From the IMG/VR virus record IMGVR_UViG_3300028786_000006, positions 98,342 through 162,341 of that record: a DNA stretch of 64,000 nucleotides; one strand, given 5' to 3'. A program made the translations under genes and the position numbers. Every line of letters starts with the position of its first letter. Positions within the stretch are counted from its first letter, which is position 1. Origin of the DNA: a virus. Shown here in pieces: positions 49,171-58,631 of this stretch. The notes under the pieces were generated by a model, which was not told the DNA's origin, ran no database searches, and saw only the letters and a list, made by a program, of their open reading frames with translations.

Positions 49171-50343
49171 GGCACCCCATGACACACTGGTCCTGCTCCG
49201 TCTGTAATCAACCCATGGTCGAGGGCCAGGCCTTCAATGGTCTGAAGCGCTCCCATTGGGATTGCTCCCCGCACCCGGTATATGCTGAGCCGGCCAGGCG
49301 CCCGCTTCGCGAAGAACCTGAGCATGTAGATGTTGAATCATCAGCGCCCTCGGTGAACGATCGCCCGCCTGCCCGATTGTCAGAACCAGGCCCGACCTCG
49401 GCTGACGTTCGCAAGGCGGCCATGGACCCTGAAGCTCGTCAGATTGAGACGCGTCGTTGGGTAGAGGTATCTCGCAACGCTATCAATGGTCGGACCTCAA
49501 TAGGCCTGGAGTGCCCGTTCTGTTATGCTGTCGTGAAGGCGTACGTTTGGTCGCTCCCCAACGGTAAGCGTTGCCCCTGCGGCGCTTACCACGGTCGCCT
49601 CCTATCCACGCATTGGTCCCAAGGAACTCCTACATCATGATCCGTTTCCTGTTGAGCCTGTTCGGCGTGTTCAGCGCCCCCGCCCGTAGCAGCTCCCAGC
49701 TGTTCAGGGCGGCCATCGCCAAGGTTGACATCAACGACCACCCAGAGACCAAGGACGCTGCTGTTGAAGCCCTGGTCAATCACATCAAGGGTGGCACCTT
49801 CAAGATGAAACAGGTGTGCTCGTTCACCAGCGTCAGCACATGTGGCTGTGTGGCTGTTGAGCGTGATGTCTACGGCCCTGAGATCAAGCTCATGGGCGGT
49901 TGGAAGATGCTGGACTGTGCCCCGGCATACTACAATCTGACCGCAGAACAGGCCTCATTGATATACGACGCCATCTGCGATCACATCTACAAACGAACCA
50001 TTGACGACGATTGAGCTTGCGCCGCCCGGCCCTACCGAGTACCCTGGCCCTACATTGAAGGAGAACATTATGATCTTTGAACTGGACACCGATGAAACCG
50101 ACCGCGTACTGGGCGCCAAACGCCAGGACGAGTTTGAGAGCAGACGGGACATCATCGGCTCGTCCCTGTTACCCTATATCCCAGGTAACCTGCGTCGCAT
50201 GATGTACACCATTGCCCGCGAGCGCCGGGTCGACGTGGATGACCCAAGCTTCGTGCCCGCCCTCGTGATGCATGCCCGACCAGAGGGTCGCCAGCGGCCT
50301 ATCATATACCTGACTACCGAACTTTCCGATGTTTCGCGTGTTG

Positions 50344-50383
50344 GCGTTGAGCCGCCAAGCGTTGAGCCGCCAAGCGTTGAGCC
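50344..50383 (+). repeat. 15-bp in-frame tandem repeat (VEPPS x2.7)
   Basis: GCGTTGAGCCGCCAA x2 plus a partial copy. Confidence 0.9.
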
Positions 50384-51897
50384 TACCATCAAGGCGGTAA
50401 GCCGCGCAGAGCTACAGCATCGGTTTGAACAGAAAGCCCCGATCCCATCCACCAAGATAGAGCGCTTCGCAGGCACATACCGCTTCAAGCCCACATTATC
50501 CAGTTCGAATATTGGCTCCATTGAGATGTGGGAGCTGAAGACCTACGTTGGTATGTGGGAAGGCTTCCGGCTGGCGATGGACATCGTTACCCCGACCATC
50601 TTCTATCAATATGGGCTCCTGAACGAATGCCGCAAGGCTATCAAGGTAAACGCCCCGAGCGAAAAGGGCCTATTGGAGCGCCTGAAGATTGCAGTGAACA
50701 CCACCTACATGACCGCAGGAGCCGTGTAATGATTCACGAAAATGAACTGGAAGACCTGGCCCACAGCGCCCTTCAGGAAGCATTGATGGGTGGCGTGGGC
50801 CTGGATGTGTTCACCCGCTTCGGCAGCGCCATCGTCAACAAGATGGCAGACCCGAAGGCCAAGGTGCGATTCGAACGTGACGCCATCCGCCTGGACTGGT
50901 TCGAAGATGTACACCGGGAAGAGTTCACCGTCCCGCCCTATTTCGACGACGCCGACGGTAAGTGGCACGTCTACCAGGGCGAAGATGAACCCGTGCTGGA
51001 ATTCGTCGAGCTGCGCGACGCCATCGACGCGGCCCAGGGCGCCAGCAACGGTATCGAACCGGTGCCATCAGTAGAGCGCGATGAGCTGCTGGAGATCATT
51101 CGCGGCTACCGCCACGGCATCCCTCAGGAAGAGGCTGCTGGTTGGCTGGACAGAGTGGACGCGATTCTGAAATGAAGATCGCGGTCGATTACAACATTGA
51201 AGAGAGCGAGAGATTATCATGACCGAAGTGAAACAACTGGTCGCGGTCGACGCCGGGGCAATGCATGCCATCCTGGCATCACTGTATGGGCCAGCACACC
51301 ACATCCGCGAGCTTCAGGCTTGCGCGGGGTTGCCTGGTAGCCCCGTGGCGCTGGTGTTGGATCAGTACAACGCACAGGCCCAGGATGCTGGTGCCCTGGA
51401 ACTTCAGACCCAGCTGCTGACCTTCTACTCAACGGACAACCTGAACTCCCTAATCAAGATGCTGTCTGACGATATCACCATGCTTCAGAAGCGCCTGGCC
51501 CCTTACCTGGATCTGCCCGCCAGCCTTCGCCCGCCACGGGAGGGTTGAGCATGATCAAACCATCGCATGTAGTGCTGCGCGAGAAGATCGCAACCAAGCT
51601 CCAGGCCCAAACCAGGGTTCAGGAAGAGATCGATAACGCCAGCCCGGAGACCCGTGAACTGTTGGTCAAGGTCGTCAAGCACACCCCAGGGGAATGTCTC
51701 ATGGAGAAAGACCTGGGCCTTACCCCCGCTGATAAATCCCGGCGCCTGAACCAGATCTATGGTTGGCTTGAGACCATGGGGTATAAGGTCGACTGGAGCC
51801 ACTCTTCGAACTTCTGTAATGAACGCCTGTACATCAAGATCGACAAGGACTGGGTGAAGGACATGGCGACATACAACGCCCTGGCCCCGGTGTAACC

Positions 51898-52013
51898 AAA
51901 ACCCCCGTGGAGAAATCCACGGGGGTTTTTATTTTGAACTATTTTTAATCATGGGGTTGCAATGCTCAGGAAGTTGGGTATAATGGCCCTCATTGAAACG
52001 CAAACCACTGAGG
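51898..52013 (+). promoter_or_regulatory. Terminator + early promoter cassette
   Basis: AAAACCCCCGTGGA..TCCACGGGGGTTTT; TTGAAC; GGGG-TTGCAA-16-TATAAT; CACTGAGG at 52006. Confidence 0.85.
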
Positions 52014-52021
52014 GTTTAAAA

Positions 52022-52492
52022 ATGTTGACTATCTCGAACGTGAAACGCATCCCCGGTATGGAAAACACCGGCTGGGCATGCGCCCTGCTCTTGGACGGTA
52101 AGAAGGTCGGCACCGCCACCGAACGCGGTATGGGCGCTGGTGTCGATCTTGACATCCCGAAGCCTGCCGACCACAAGCGCATCCATGAACATTGCCTGGC
52201 TCTGTATAAGGCCGCCGGGGAACATCTGGAGCTGCTGGATACCGTTCCTCCCTTCGACGGTTACGCCTCGGACTTCCTGGTAGAATGCGCGGTGGCCCCG
52301 CTGCTGCGCCAGCACGACATCGATAAGATGATGAAGGGCTGGTGCAAGACCAAGATCATGTTCCAGGTGCCGGGCGAAAACCCGGACCAATGGCGCTCCA
52401 TCACCAAGAAGTACGTGCCTGAAACTGACCGCGCTGAAATGGTCAAGCGCTTCGGTAAAGACGTCGTCATCCTGAACGACCGCTTCCTGTAA
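52022..52492 (+). CDS. Hypothetical early protein
   Basis: Monocistronic cassette. Confidence 0.7.
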   Translation: MLTISNVKRIPGMENTGWACALLLDGKKVGTATERGMGAGVDLDIPKPADHKRIHEHCLALYKAAGEHLELLDTVPPFDGYASDFLVECAVAPLLRQHDIDKMMKGWCKTKIMFQVPGENPDQWRSITKKYVPETDRAEMVKRFGKDVVILNDRFL

Positions 52493-52497
52493 TACCG

Positions 52498-52609
52498 GCG
52501 CCCTGGGGAGGAATCCTCGGGGCGTTTTATTTTGAACTATTTTGTTCTGAGGGGTTGCGTTGGTTCAAGAACAGAGTATACTGAGCTCACACCAACCCTC
52601 TCACTGAGG
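52498..52609 (+). promoter_or_regulatory. Terminator + early promoter cassette
   Basis: GC hairpin + TTTTATTTT; GAGGGG-TTGCGT-16-TATACT-GAGCTCA; CACTGAGG at 52602. Confidence 0.85.
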
Positions 52610-52618
52610 AGCAGCAAC

Positions 52619-52897
52619 ATGACAACATTAACCGAAACCGCAGTGGCCCGCGCATTCGCCCAGGCCGTATCGTCCCACGCCGTAACCGTCACTACCATGC
52701 AAGCCAGCATCTGGTTGTTCGGTGGCTGCGCATTGGAACCGGAAATCGATGCGTACCTGAACAGCATCGCGGGTGTTCACGGGTACATCCTCGGGGAAAG
52801 CGACTTCAATCGCGAGAAGTTTGTCGACTTCATGACCCCTCTCGTTGGCGACGAAGTTGCCGCCCGCGCCGCCGACATCGTCGAAGATCAATTCTAA
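52619..52897 (+). CDS. Hypothetical early protein
   Basis: Cassette-driven. Confidence 0.7.
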   Translation: MTTLTETAVARAFAQAVSSHAVTVTTMQASIWLFGGCALEPEIDAYLNSIAGVHGYILGESDFNREKFVDFMTPLVGDEVAARAADIVEDQF

Positions 52898-52942
52898 TCT
52901 GCTGGCGCCCTGGGTAACCGGGGCGCACCTTGGAGCGTCATC

Positions 52943-53377
52943 ATGGTCAAGAACAACCGCTGGATCCCAACTCAGGCAGAATGTAACCTGATCAAAGAGG
53001 CCGCCTCGAAAGAATCGGAGCCGGGTCTGCCCGTTTCTGGCCTGAGCCTGGAGCCGGGTCAACGCGTATGTGTCACCAACCAGGATCGCCCGGTTCACAT
53101 CAACGTCTGTCTGGTGTCGGAGAAGACTGATCCGAAGGAGATGTCCTCGGATACCGACCTACACGACACGATCAGCTGGACCTACTTCCGCAAAGGGGTG
53201 GAGCTGGACGCCAATGGCCGGGCCATCGTGGACTTCTACATTCGCGCCCGCTCCCCCTTGGCCGAGGAGGCTCATGGGTGCTCCATCTTCGGTAACGTGG
53301 TGGTGCACTTCCACGAAGGCAAGATCGCTGGCATCCACGGTGTTGGGTTCGGACACCACCCTTACCCTATCGTCTGA
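52943..53377 (+). CDS. Hypothetical protein
   Basis: GGAG SD. Confidence 0.6.
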   Translation: MVKNNRWIPTQAECNLIKEAASKESEPGLPVSGLSLEPGQRVCVTNQDRPVHINVCLVSEKTDPKEMSSDTDLHDTISWTYFRKGVELDANGRAIVDFYIRARSPLAEEAHGCSIFGNVVVHFHEGKIAGIHGVGFGHHPYPIV

Positions 53378-53384
53378 TGGGCGC

Positions 53385-53490
53385 AACCCCCTGGTTCAAA
53401 ATAATTTAAATTATTTTGAACCAGGGGGTTGCTTCGTTCAAAATATTGAGTATAATGACCCTCACACCAAGCGAATAACGCTCACTGAGG
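53385..53490 (+). promoter_or_regulatory. Early promoter preceded by a long perfect palindrome
   Basis: AACCCCCTGGTTCAAAATAATTT-AAATTATTTTGAACCAGGGGGTT; TTGCTT-16-TATAAT; CACTGAGG at 53483. Confidence 0.85.
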
Positions 53491-53501
53491 AGCTTCATAT
53501 C

Positions 53502-53939
53502 ATGGCTAAAGAAATCAAACTCTCCGCGACCCTGCCAGACGGCACCATCGCAACCCGCACCACCGCCCGCGCCTACACCCACATCGTGGTTGGCCAATGG
53601 GATGTCGCCATGGCTCGCTCGCAAGCTCTGTCCCGCCTGGAAGACCTTGACGCCAGCAACCACAAGTTCTACCGCGACCAGATTGCCAAGGGCGAACGCG
53701 ACGTCAACACCTCGGAAGAAACCTGGGCACGCTACGCCGCGAATGCTGCCATGACCGTCGGCGAATACCGCGCTTACGAGATCGGGCGCCGCCTGGCCAA
53801 GATCGAAGCAGAGTATGGCACCGTCGACCTGAGCGGCTTCGCTTGCCTGCAGTGGTCCGGCTCCGAGAAGAACGCCCTCGCCTCGGTGGGTTCGTTCCGG
53901 AAGAACGGCTGGGTCAACGTGCAAGTCCTCGCCATCTAA
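53502..53939 (+). CDS. Hypothetical early protein
   Basis: Start at the ATG after CACTGAGGAG. Confidence 0.7.
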   Translation: MAKEIKLSATLPDGTIATRTTARAYTHIVVGQWDVAMARSQALSRLEDLDASNHKFYRDQIAKGERDVNTSEETWARYAANAAMTVGEYRAYEIGRRLAKIEAEYGTVDLSGFACLQWSGSEKNALASVGSFRKNGWVNVQVLAI

Positions 53940-53984
53940 ACCGCCCCGCCCCTGGGTAACCGGGGGCATACCAGGAGACCCGTC

Positions 53985-54260
53985 ATGGCCAAGGCTACCA
54001 ACACCGCCCAGATTATCAAGAAGATCGGCTGCCCGCACCTGAACCTGTATCGCGGCCAGGGGTATTACTACTTCAGCTTCGACGACGAGTCTCGTGGTCT
54101 CTACGACACCAAGTCCATCGCCGCCTGCTACCTGACCCAGCTGGAGCTGGACATGTGGGTGGAGGACGGCAAGGCGTTCGTCGAACAAATGGAAGCTGAG
54201 TACATCGAGCGCCAGGAGCTGGCCAAAGAACCGCAGTCTCGCTTCGCACCCAAATCCTGA
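53985..54260 (+). CDS. Hypothetical protein
   Basis: AGGAG SD. Confidence 0.65.
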   Translation: MAKATNTAQIIKKIGCPHLNLYRGQGYYYFSFDDESRGLYDTKSIAACYLTQLELDMWVEDGKAFVEQMEAEYIERQELAKEPQSRFAPKS

Positions 54261-54271
54261 GGAGTAACATC

Positions 54272-54790
54272 ATGCCAAAAGTCCACTATGTCAAGGCCGC
54301 CCGCAAGGACAACCCGGCCGTCAAGAAAGGTCAGCCGTATTACCACTGGGCATTCTTCCGTGGCCCGACCCATTACAGCGCAACCTACCCGCGCCAGAGC
54401 CAGCTGACCGAGAACGAACACCTCTCCGCAGCCCACCTGGCAGCCGAAACGCTCCAGGACAACACCCCGGTCTTCCGCGTCTGCACCAACAAGGAGGAGC
54501 TGGAGGCCTTCATCGACGATATCAAGGGCCTACTGGATGATGCCGATGCTAGCGTCCAGGAGTGCTCACAGGGCTTCCAGGAGAAGGCCGACAACATCCG
54601 TGAGCACTTCAGCGAGTCTGAAATCGCCGACACGGCGGAAGAACAAGCTGGTGAGATGGACACCTGGTCCTCTGAGATTCAGGATGCCATCACAACGATC
54701 GAGGGTATCGACCTGGACACCGATGATTACGATAGCGCCGTGAACGAGGCTATCGATGCGTACAGCGGGGTGAGCAGCTGCCCGCTTTAA
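54272..54790 (+). CDS. Hypothetical protein with basic N-terminus and acidic helical C-terminus
   Basis: VKAARKD...KKGQPYY.W; D/E-rich tail. Confidence 0.65.
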   Translation: MPKVHYVKAARKDNPAVKKGQPYYHWAFFRGPTHYSATYPRQSQLTENEHLSAAHLAAETLQDNTPVFRVCTNKEELEAFIDDIKGLLDDADASVQECSQGFQEKADNIREHFSESEIADTAEEQAGEMDTWSSEIQDAITTIEGIDLDTDDYDSAVNEAIDAYSGVSSCPL

Positions 54791-54865
54791 AATAGTTTGA
54801 ACTTGGGGGTTGCTATGCTCAGGAACTCGAGTATAATGGCCCTCACACCAACCGAGCCACTGAGG
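54790..54865 (+). promoter_or_regulatory. Early promoter cassette
   Basis: AAATAGTTTGAACTTGGGGG-TTGCTA-16-TATAAT; CACTGAGG at 54858. Confidence 0.85.
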
Positions 54866-54874
54866 GTTTACATC

Positions 54875-55198
54875 ATGCAACCGTCCCAACAGCGTATCCT
54901 GGCCCAGAAAGCGTACGAGCAACACAAAACCGCTATCACCAGCGCCATCATGGCCCTGGCTGAAGAAGCCCTGGTGAACCCAACCGTGTTCGAGTTCATC
55001 GTTGAAGGCGACCACATCTTCCAACCGTTCGATGTAAGCCAGGAGCTGTCCGACTACGACGCGGAAAACGGTAACGAAGACGACGAGTCCGAGTACATGG
55101 CCGCCGTCTGGATCAACGTCCTGCTGAACTCCGATGAGCCTGCGCTGTACCTGGAACTGATGCAGGGTATCTCCAACGTACAGATTAACGGCCTGTAA
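54875..55198 (+). CDS. Small very acidic early protein
   Basis: D/E-rich (SDYDAENGNEDDESEY). Confidence 0.7.
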   Translation: MQPSQQRILAQKAYEQHKTAITSAIMALAEEALVNPTVFEFIVEGDHIFQPFDVSQELSDYDAENGNEDDESEYMAAVWINVLLNSDEPALYLELMQGISNVQINGL

Positions 55199-55199
55199 C

Positions 55200-55270
55200 C
55201 ACCACAACCCCTCATTCAAATTATTTTTGGGTGAGGGGTTGTTTCGTTTAAAAGTTCAAGTATACTGAGC
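55200..55270 (+). repeat. ~70-bp promoter cassette, near-identical inverted copy at 60901-60971
   Basis: CACCACAACCCCTCATTCAAATTATTTTTG..TGAGGGGTTGTTTCGTTTAAAAGTTCA.GTATACTGAGC with 3 mismatches. Confidence 0.85.
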
Positions 55271-55301
55271 TCACACCAACCAGCTCACTGAGGAGCGAAT
55301 C

Positions 55302-55619
55302 ATGTCGATGCACAAACCCACCCCTGCCCTGCTGGAAGCGGAAAACAAGATGGTCGAGATCTGCACCGCTCTGACCATGGAAGGCTCCGCTGCAACCTAT
55401 CTGGAAACTGAAGCTATGGTCCTGATCGCTTGCGCCGCTGCCGGCGTCAAAGCTGCTCCGGCCCGTACCGAGTGTGGTGTGGTGGTGTACGTCCCTGTCG
55501 CCAATCAAGACGAGCCGTCCGAAGTCTGCTTCTTGATCCAAGAGCGTGACGGCGAGTTTCTTCCGGGCTACCCTGACGGTGCTGCCCTGAACATCTTCTC
55601 CCAGGCCCTCTCCGCGTAA
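55302..55619 (+). CDS. Hypothetical early protein
   Basis: CACTGAGGAG leader. Confidence 0.7.
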   Translation: MSMHKPTPALLEAENKMVEICTALTMEGSAATYLETEAMVLIACAAAGVKAAPARTECGVVVYVPVANQDEPSEVCFLIQERDGEFLPGYPDGAALNIFSQALSA

Positions 55620-55689
55620 TCCCCAGGGGTTGCCCGCAAGGGTGACCCCGCGTATCCTTGTGTGTACATTGACCCAGGACGCCTACATC

Positions 55690-56106
55690 ATGACCCTGTA
55701 CTACCACAACACCGACAAGGTGTTCGAATCCTTCTTGCCGCGCCCGTGCTTCTTCAACACGGACCTTGAGGAAAACCTCGGGTACATGCGCAGCCACCCC
55801 GGCTCTGTAACGATGGTGGCCGCCCCTATCGACCCGGACTGTATGGTGATCTCCCCGGTCAAGGTGACCGAAACCCTGGCCTGGGAGTTCTTCAACCGCC
55901 CGTTCATGTATTCGATGTTCGACTCTTCGGTTGGTGAGTTCCCCAAGGACCAGATCGCCCGTTTCGTTACCTGGATGGGCGTCAAGGGGTATCACGGATC
56001 CTTGTTGGTCGACTACGCCCCTGAACACCACAAGGATACCATCTCCCTGGTCGTGTTCCGCCCCGACCTTACCCTCAAGCTGACCCACATGGTCAAGGGG
56101 CTCTGA
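55690..56106 (+). CDS. ADP-ribosyltransferase-like protein (ART-PolyVal-like)
   Basis: YYHNT...F..F...FF, GY.G and VVF.P pattern. Confidence 0.5.
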   Translation: MTLYYHNTDKVFESFLPRPCFFNTDLEENLGYMRSHPGSVTMVAAPIDPDCMVISPVKVTETLAWEFFNRPFMYSMFDSSVGEFPKDQIARFVTWMGVKGYHGSLLVDYAPEHHKDTISLVVFRPDLTLKLTHMVKGL

Positions 56107-57405
56107 TGGCCATTCCTGAACACGCTGACCCCCGCGCCCACCAATTCTTCGAACGCGGGTTCGTCGGTAAGTCCCACGGTGACGATGGTAGTGGATGGCG
56201 ATATAGCTGGCACAGCACCACGGAGGGCCTCCACCCTACCGCCATCCATACCTGTGCTCGCCTACGCCCCATCTGTGCCTACTGTGGCGAACATGCCCTG
56301 CCGATACAGAAAGACCTGGGTTACCAGTCTGAATTCAACAACCACCGCGACCGCTACATTCATAAGGGCTTTACCTGCTGCTGTTCTGGCGCGATGGATG
56401 AGCGCGACTACGTTGTCCTGAGGGAGACCATGTTGGAGCGACACGCCCAGGAGCTCGAACAGCTGGAGAGTGCCGCTCCTGTCCCACCCCTCCATATTGC
56501 CCAGGCGTATGGTCGGAAAGCGGCGGAGAAGGCACTAGAGGGGATCGACCGCTGGGGATGTCGAGACCTGAACGAAATTAACCTGAAGATGGGCGGGCCG
56601 CCCAAAGGGAACGTCTTCGAATGAAGCCATACCGCCGCTACAACCCGGCCGGCGATACCCGTGATGAGCGCTTGGCGAACCGCGTCGAAGCCGAGCATGG
56701 CATCTTCATCTTCCACAGCGACCACATCGAAATGATGCGCGAGCAGACCACCAAGATGATGGACGTGGTCCGTAAGAACGAGAAGCTGAAGCCTCTGGAG
56801 GGGTTGCTCAAGGAAGCATGCGAGCACCTCCAGGATGCCGTCCCGCTGGGTGACCATGTATACAACCGTTTCTGTGCCAAGGTCGAAGACTACTTGAGGG
56901 GCCTGAATCAATGAATAATCCATACCAACCCGGCTGCTCTGTACTGGGCCACAAGAACGTCCCACCCTTTGTCGAGTTCGGGGCGAAGTATACAGTATCT
57001 GAAGTCGAAGGTAACCTCTTGCGGTTGCGCTACTGTGACCATTGGTTCCACTTCGACAACTTCATGCCAGAGGATGCGCTCGCTGAACCTGCGCCGCCAC
57101 CGTTTGGCCCCCACTTGCTCAACGCCTTGTGCTGGGTAGTTCAGACCACTTTCCCGCTGGACCTGTTCAATGGGCTCCATATGATGGGATGCCCTGACGG
57201 TCTGGCGCGAGAGATCCACATCGCGTACAGCATGATGTCCAACCGTAACATCCTCGAGTTCTACGAGGATTACGCCTACGCCAACGACAACCTTGAATGG
57301 CAGAAGTGGCTGGCGATGTACTTGGAATACCGGTGCTCAGAGTATGTCACCCCAGACCCACATAACCCGGCCGTGTCGCCGATCGTAAAGGATACCCAAC
57401 TATGA
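56106..57405 (+). other. Hypothetical ORFs 56106-56624 (Cys-rich), 56621-56914, 56911-57405
   Basis: TGATG/ATGA coupling. Confidence 0.55.
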
Positions 57406-57827
57406 GAAGCCAGGGCTACCGCACAGCGCTGATCCGTATCGCCATTAGCGAGAACGCCACCGAGGAAGCTATCCAGGGGAGCCTCAAGGACCTCGGGTAT
57501 ACCGTGGTCCGTTGCTCCATCGACGAACCCCTCCGCGGGATGGACAGGGTCAATGCAATTCTGTGTGGTTTGACCTTCCCGACCCCGATGTCCTTGGACA
57601 GCGCGCAAGAGATTGTCGCACAGGTCTTCGCTGAAGATGTCGACCACTTCAGGAATCAACCCTACTCTGTGATTATTGAGACCATGGCTGGTCTGATCGA
57701 ACACGGTAAGCTGGTACCATCCATCAAGCTTCACCGCCTGATCGAAGGAACTGGGCTGATGGAAACCAAACGCCTGATGGACCACATCAAGGCGTACATT
57801 GGGTCGCGGCCACCGATGTTCTCTTGA
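57402..57827 (+). CDS. Protein with a ribosomal bL12 C-terminal-like domain
   Basis: GKLVPSIKLHRLIEGTGLMETKRLMD resembles K..AIK..RE.TG.GL.EAK..V. Confidence 0.5.
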   Translation: MRSQGYRTALIRIAISENATEEAIQGSLKDLGYTVVRCSIDEPLRGMDRVNAILCGLTFPTPMSLDSAQEIVAQVFAEDVDHFRNQPYSVIIETMAGLIEHGKLVPSIKLHRLIEGTGLMETKRLMDHIKAYIGSRPPMFS

Positions 57828-57902
57828 TACTATTGCCCGGTTACGGCCGGGCTGTAACCAAGGTATGATCGGCAACCTTCCCCAACACCAAACTGGACTC
57901 AA

Positions 57903-58616
57903 ATGATTAATCTTGACCTGCTGAACCTCACAACACCAGAACCGAAATCGCCGGGTAGTAACATTTGCATCATCTACCCACCTGGCTCGTTCCCACAGAA
58001 TGAATTCTTTTCGGTGCTCCCGACTGGCGACCTGGGTTTGTGGGCGCCCACAAAAGGTGTGTCGTCTAAATCGACCAGCCGCACACGCACTGAATTGCGT
58101 GAATGCCTCCCGTCTGGCACCGTCTACAATTGGCAGTTCCCGAGCCAACCCCACCACTGGCTGCGCGTAGCGATGACCATGGTGGAAATACCGAAGAAAG
58201 GCGAGACGGTCGTCGGCCAAATCCACGTGAGCGGGAACACGCGCCCGCCCGTAAAACTTTCGTTCGATAAAGCGACCGACGGCATCGGGCAACTCACTGT
58301 CGGTTTCCGCCAATCGTTCAATCAAGAAGACCCGGTCGATTCCGTGTTGCTGGATGGGATCCCAGTCGGTACGCGATTCACGTTCAACATTCACGTGACA
58401 GCATCAGGCGCGGTCCTGTTTTCTGCCAGCTTCATGGATAGCCTCGGTACGAAACGCTCTGGTAACCTCACGTTACAGCTCGATGAAAGTTGGGCTGAAC
58501 AGGGGCTGTATTTCAAAGCGGGCGTTTACAACCAAGAAGACCCGACACCGGAAACCCTCGATTATGAAGGTAGCTCCGCCCGGTTCCACAAGCTGGAAAT
58601 CACCCACGGCGTTTAA
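57903..58616 (+). CDS. Polysaccharide lyase family 7 (alginate lyase)
   Basis: All three PL7 signatures: RTELRE, QIH, YFKAGVYNQ. Confidence 0.92.
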   Translation: MINLDLLNLTTPEPKSPGSNICIIYPPGSFPQNEFFSVLPTGDLGLWAPTKGVSSKSTSRTRTELRECLPSGTVYNWQFPSQPHHWLRVAMTMVEIPKKGETVVGQIHVSGNTRPPVKLSFDKATDGIGQLTVGFRQSFNQEDPVDSVLLDGIPVGTRFTFNIHVTASGAVLFSASFMDSLGTKRSGNLTLQLDESWAEQGLYFKAGVYNQEDPTPETLDYEGSSARFHKLEITHGV

Positions 58617-58631
58617 CTGGAGGGGCGAAGC

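Larger units (their letters stand above)
47861..51895 (+). other. Early operon of hypothetical ORFs: 47861-48265, 48267-48617, 48614-48847, 48844-49170, 49179-49640 (Zn ribbons), 49637-50014, 50070-50729, 50729-51175, 51219-51548, 51551-51895
   Basis: Coupled ORFs ending at a terminator at 51898-51931. Confidence 0.6.

Noticed and set aside
15949-53441. LexA SOS boxes for the GAAC/GTTC motifs
   Set aside because: Spacing is variable (12-15 bp) and matches neither CTGT-N8-ACAG nor GAAC-N4-GTTC.
53070-53501. N-terminal extensions in the ORF track (53070, also 10710, 51962, 52532, 54797, 61181, 19761)
   Set aside because: They run through promoter cassettes or upstream genes; downstream ATGs with clear SDs are the plausible starts.
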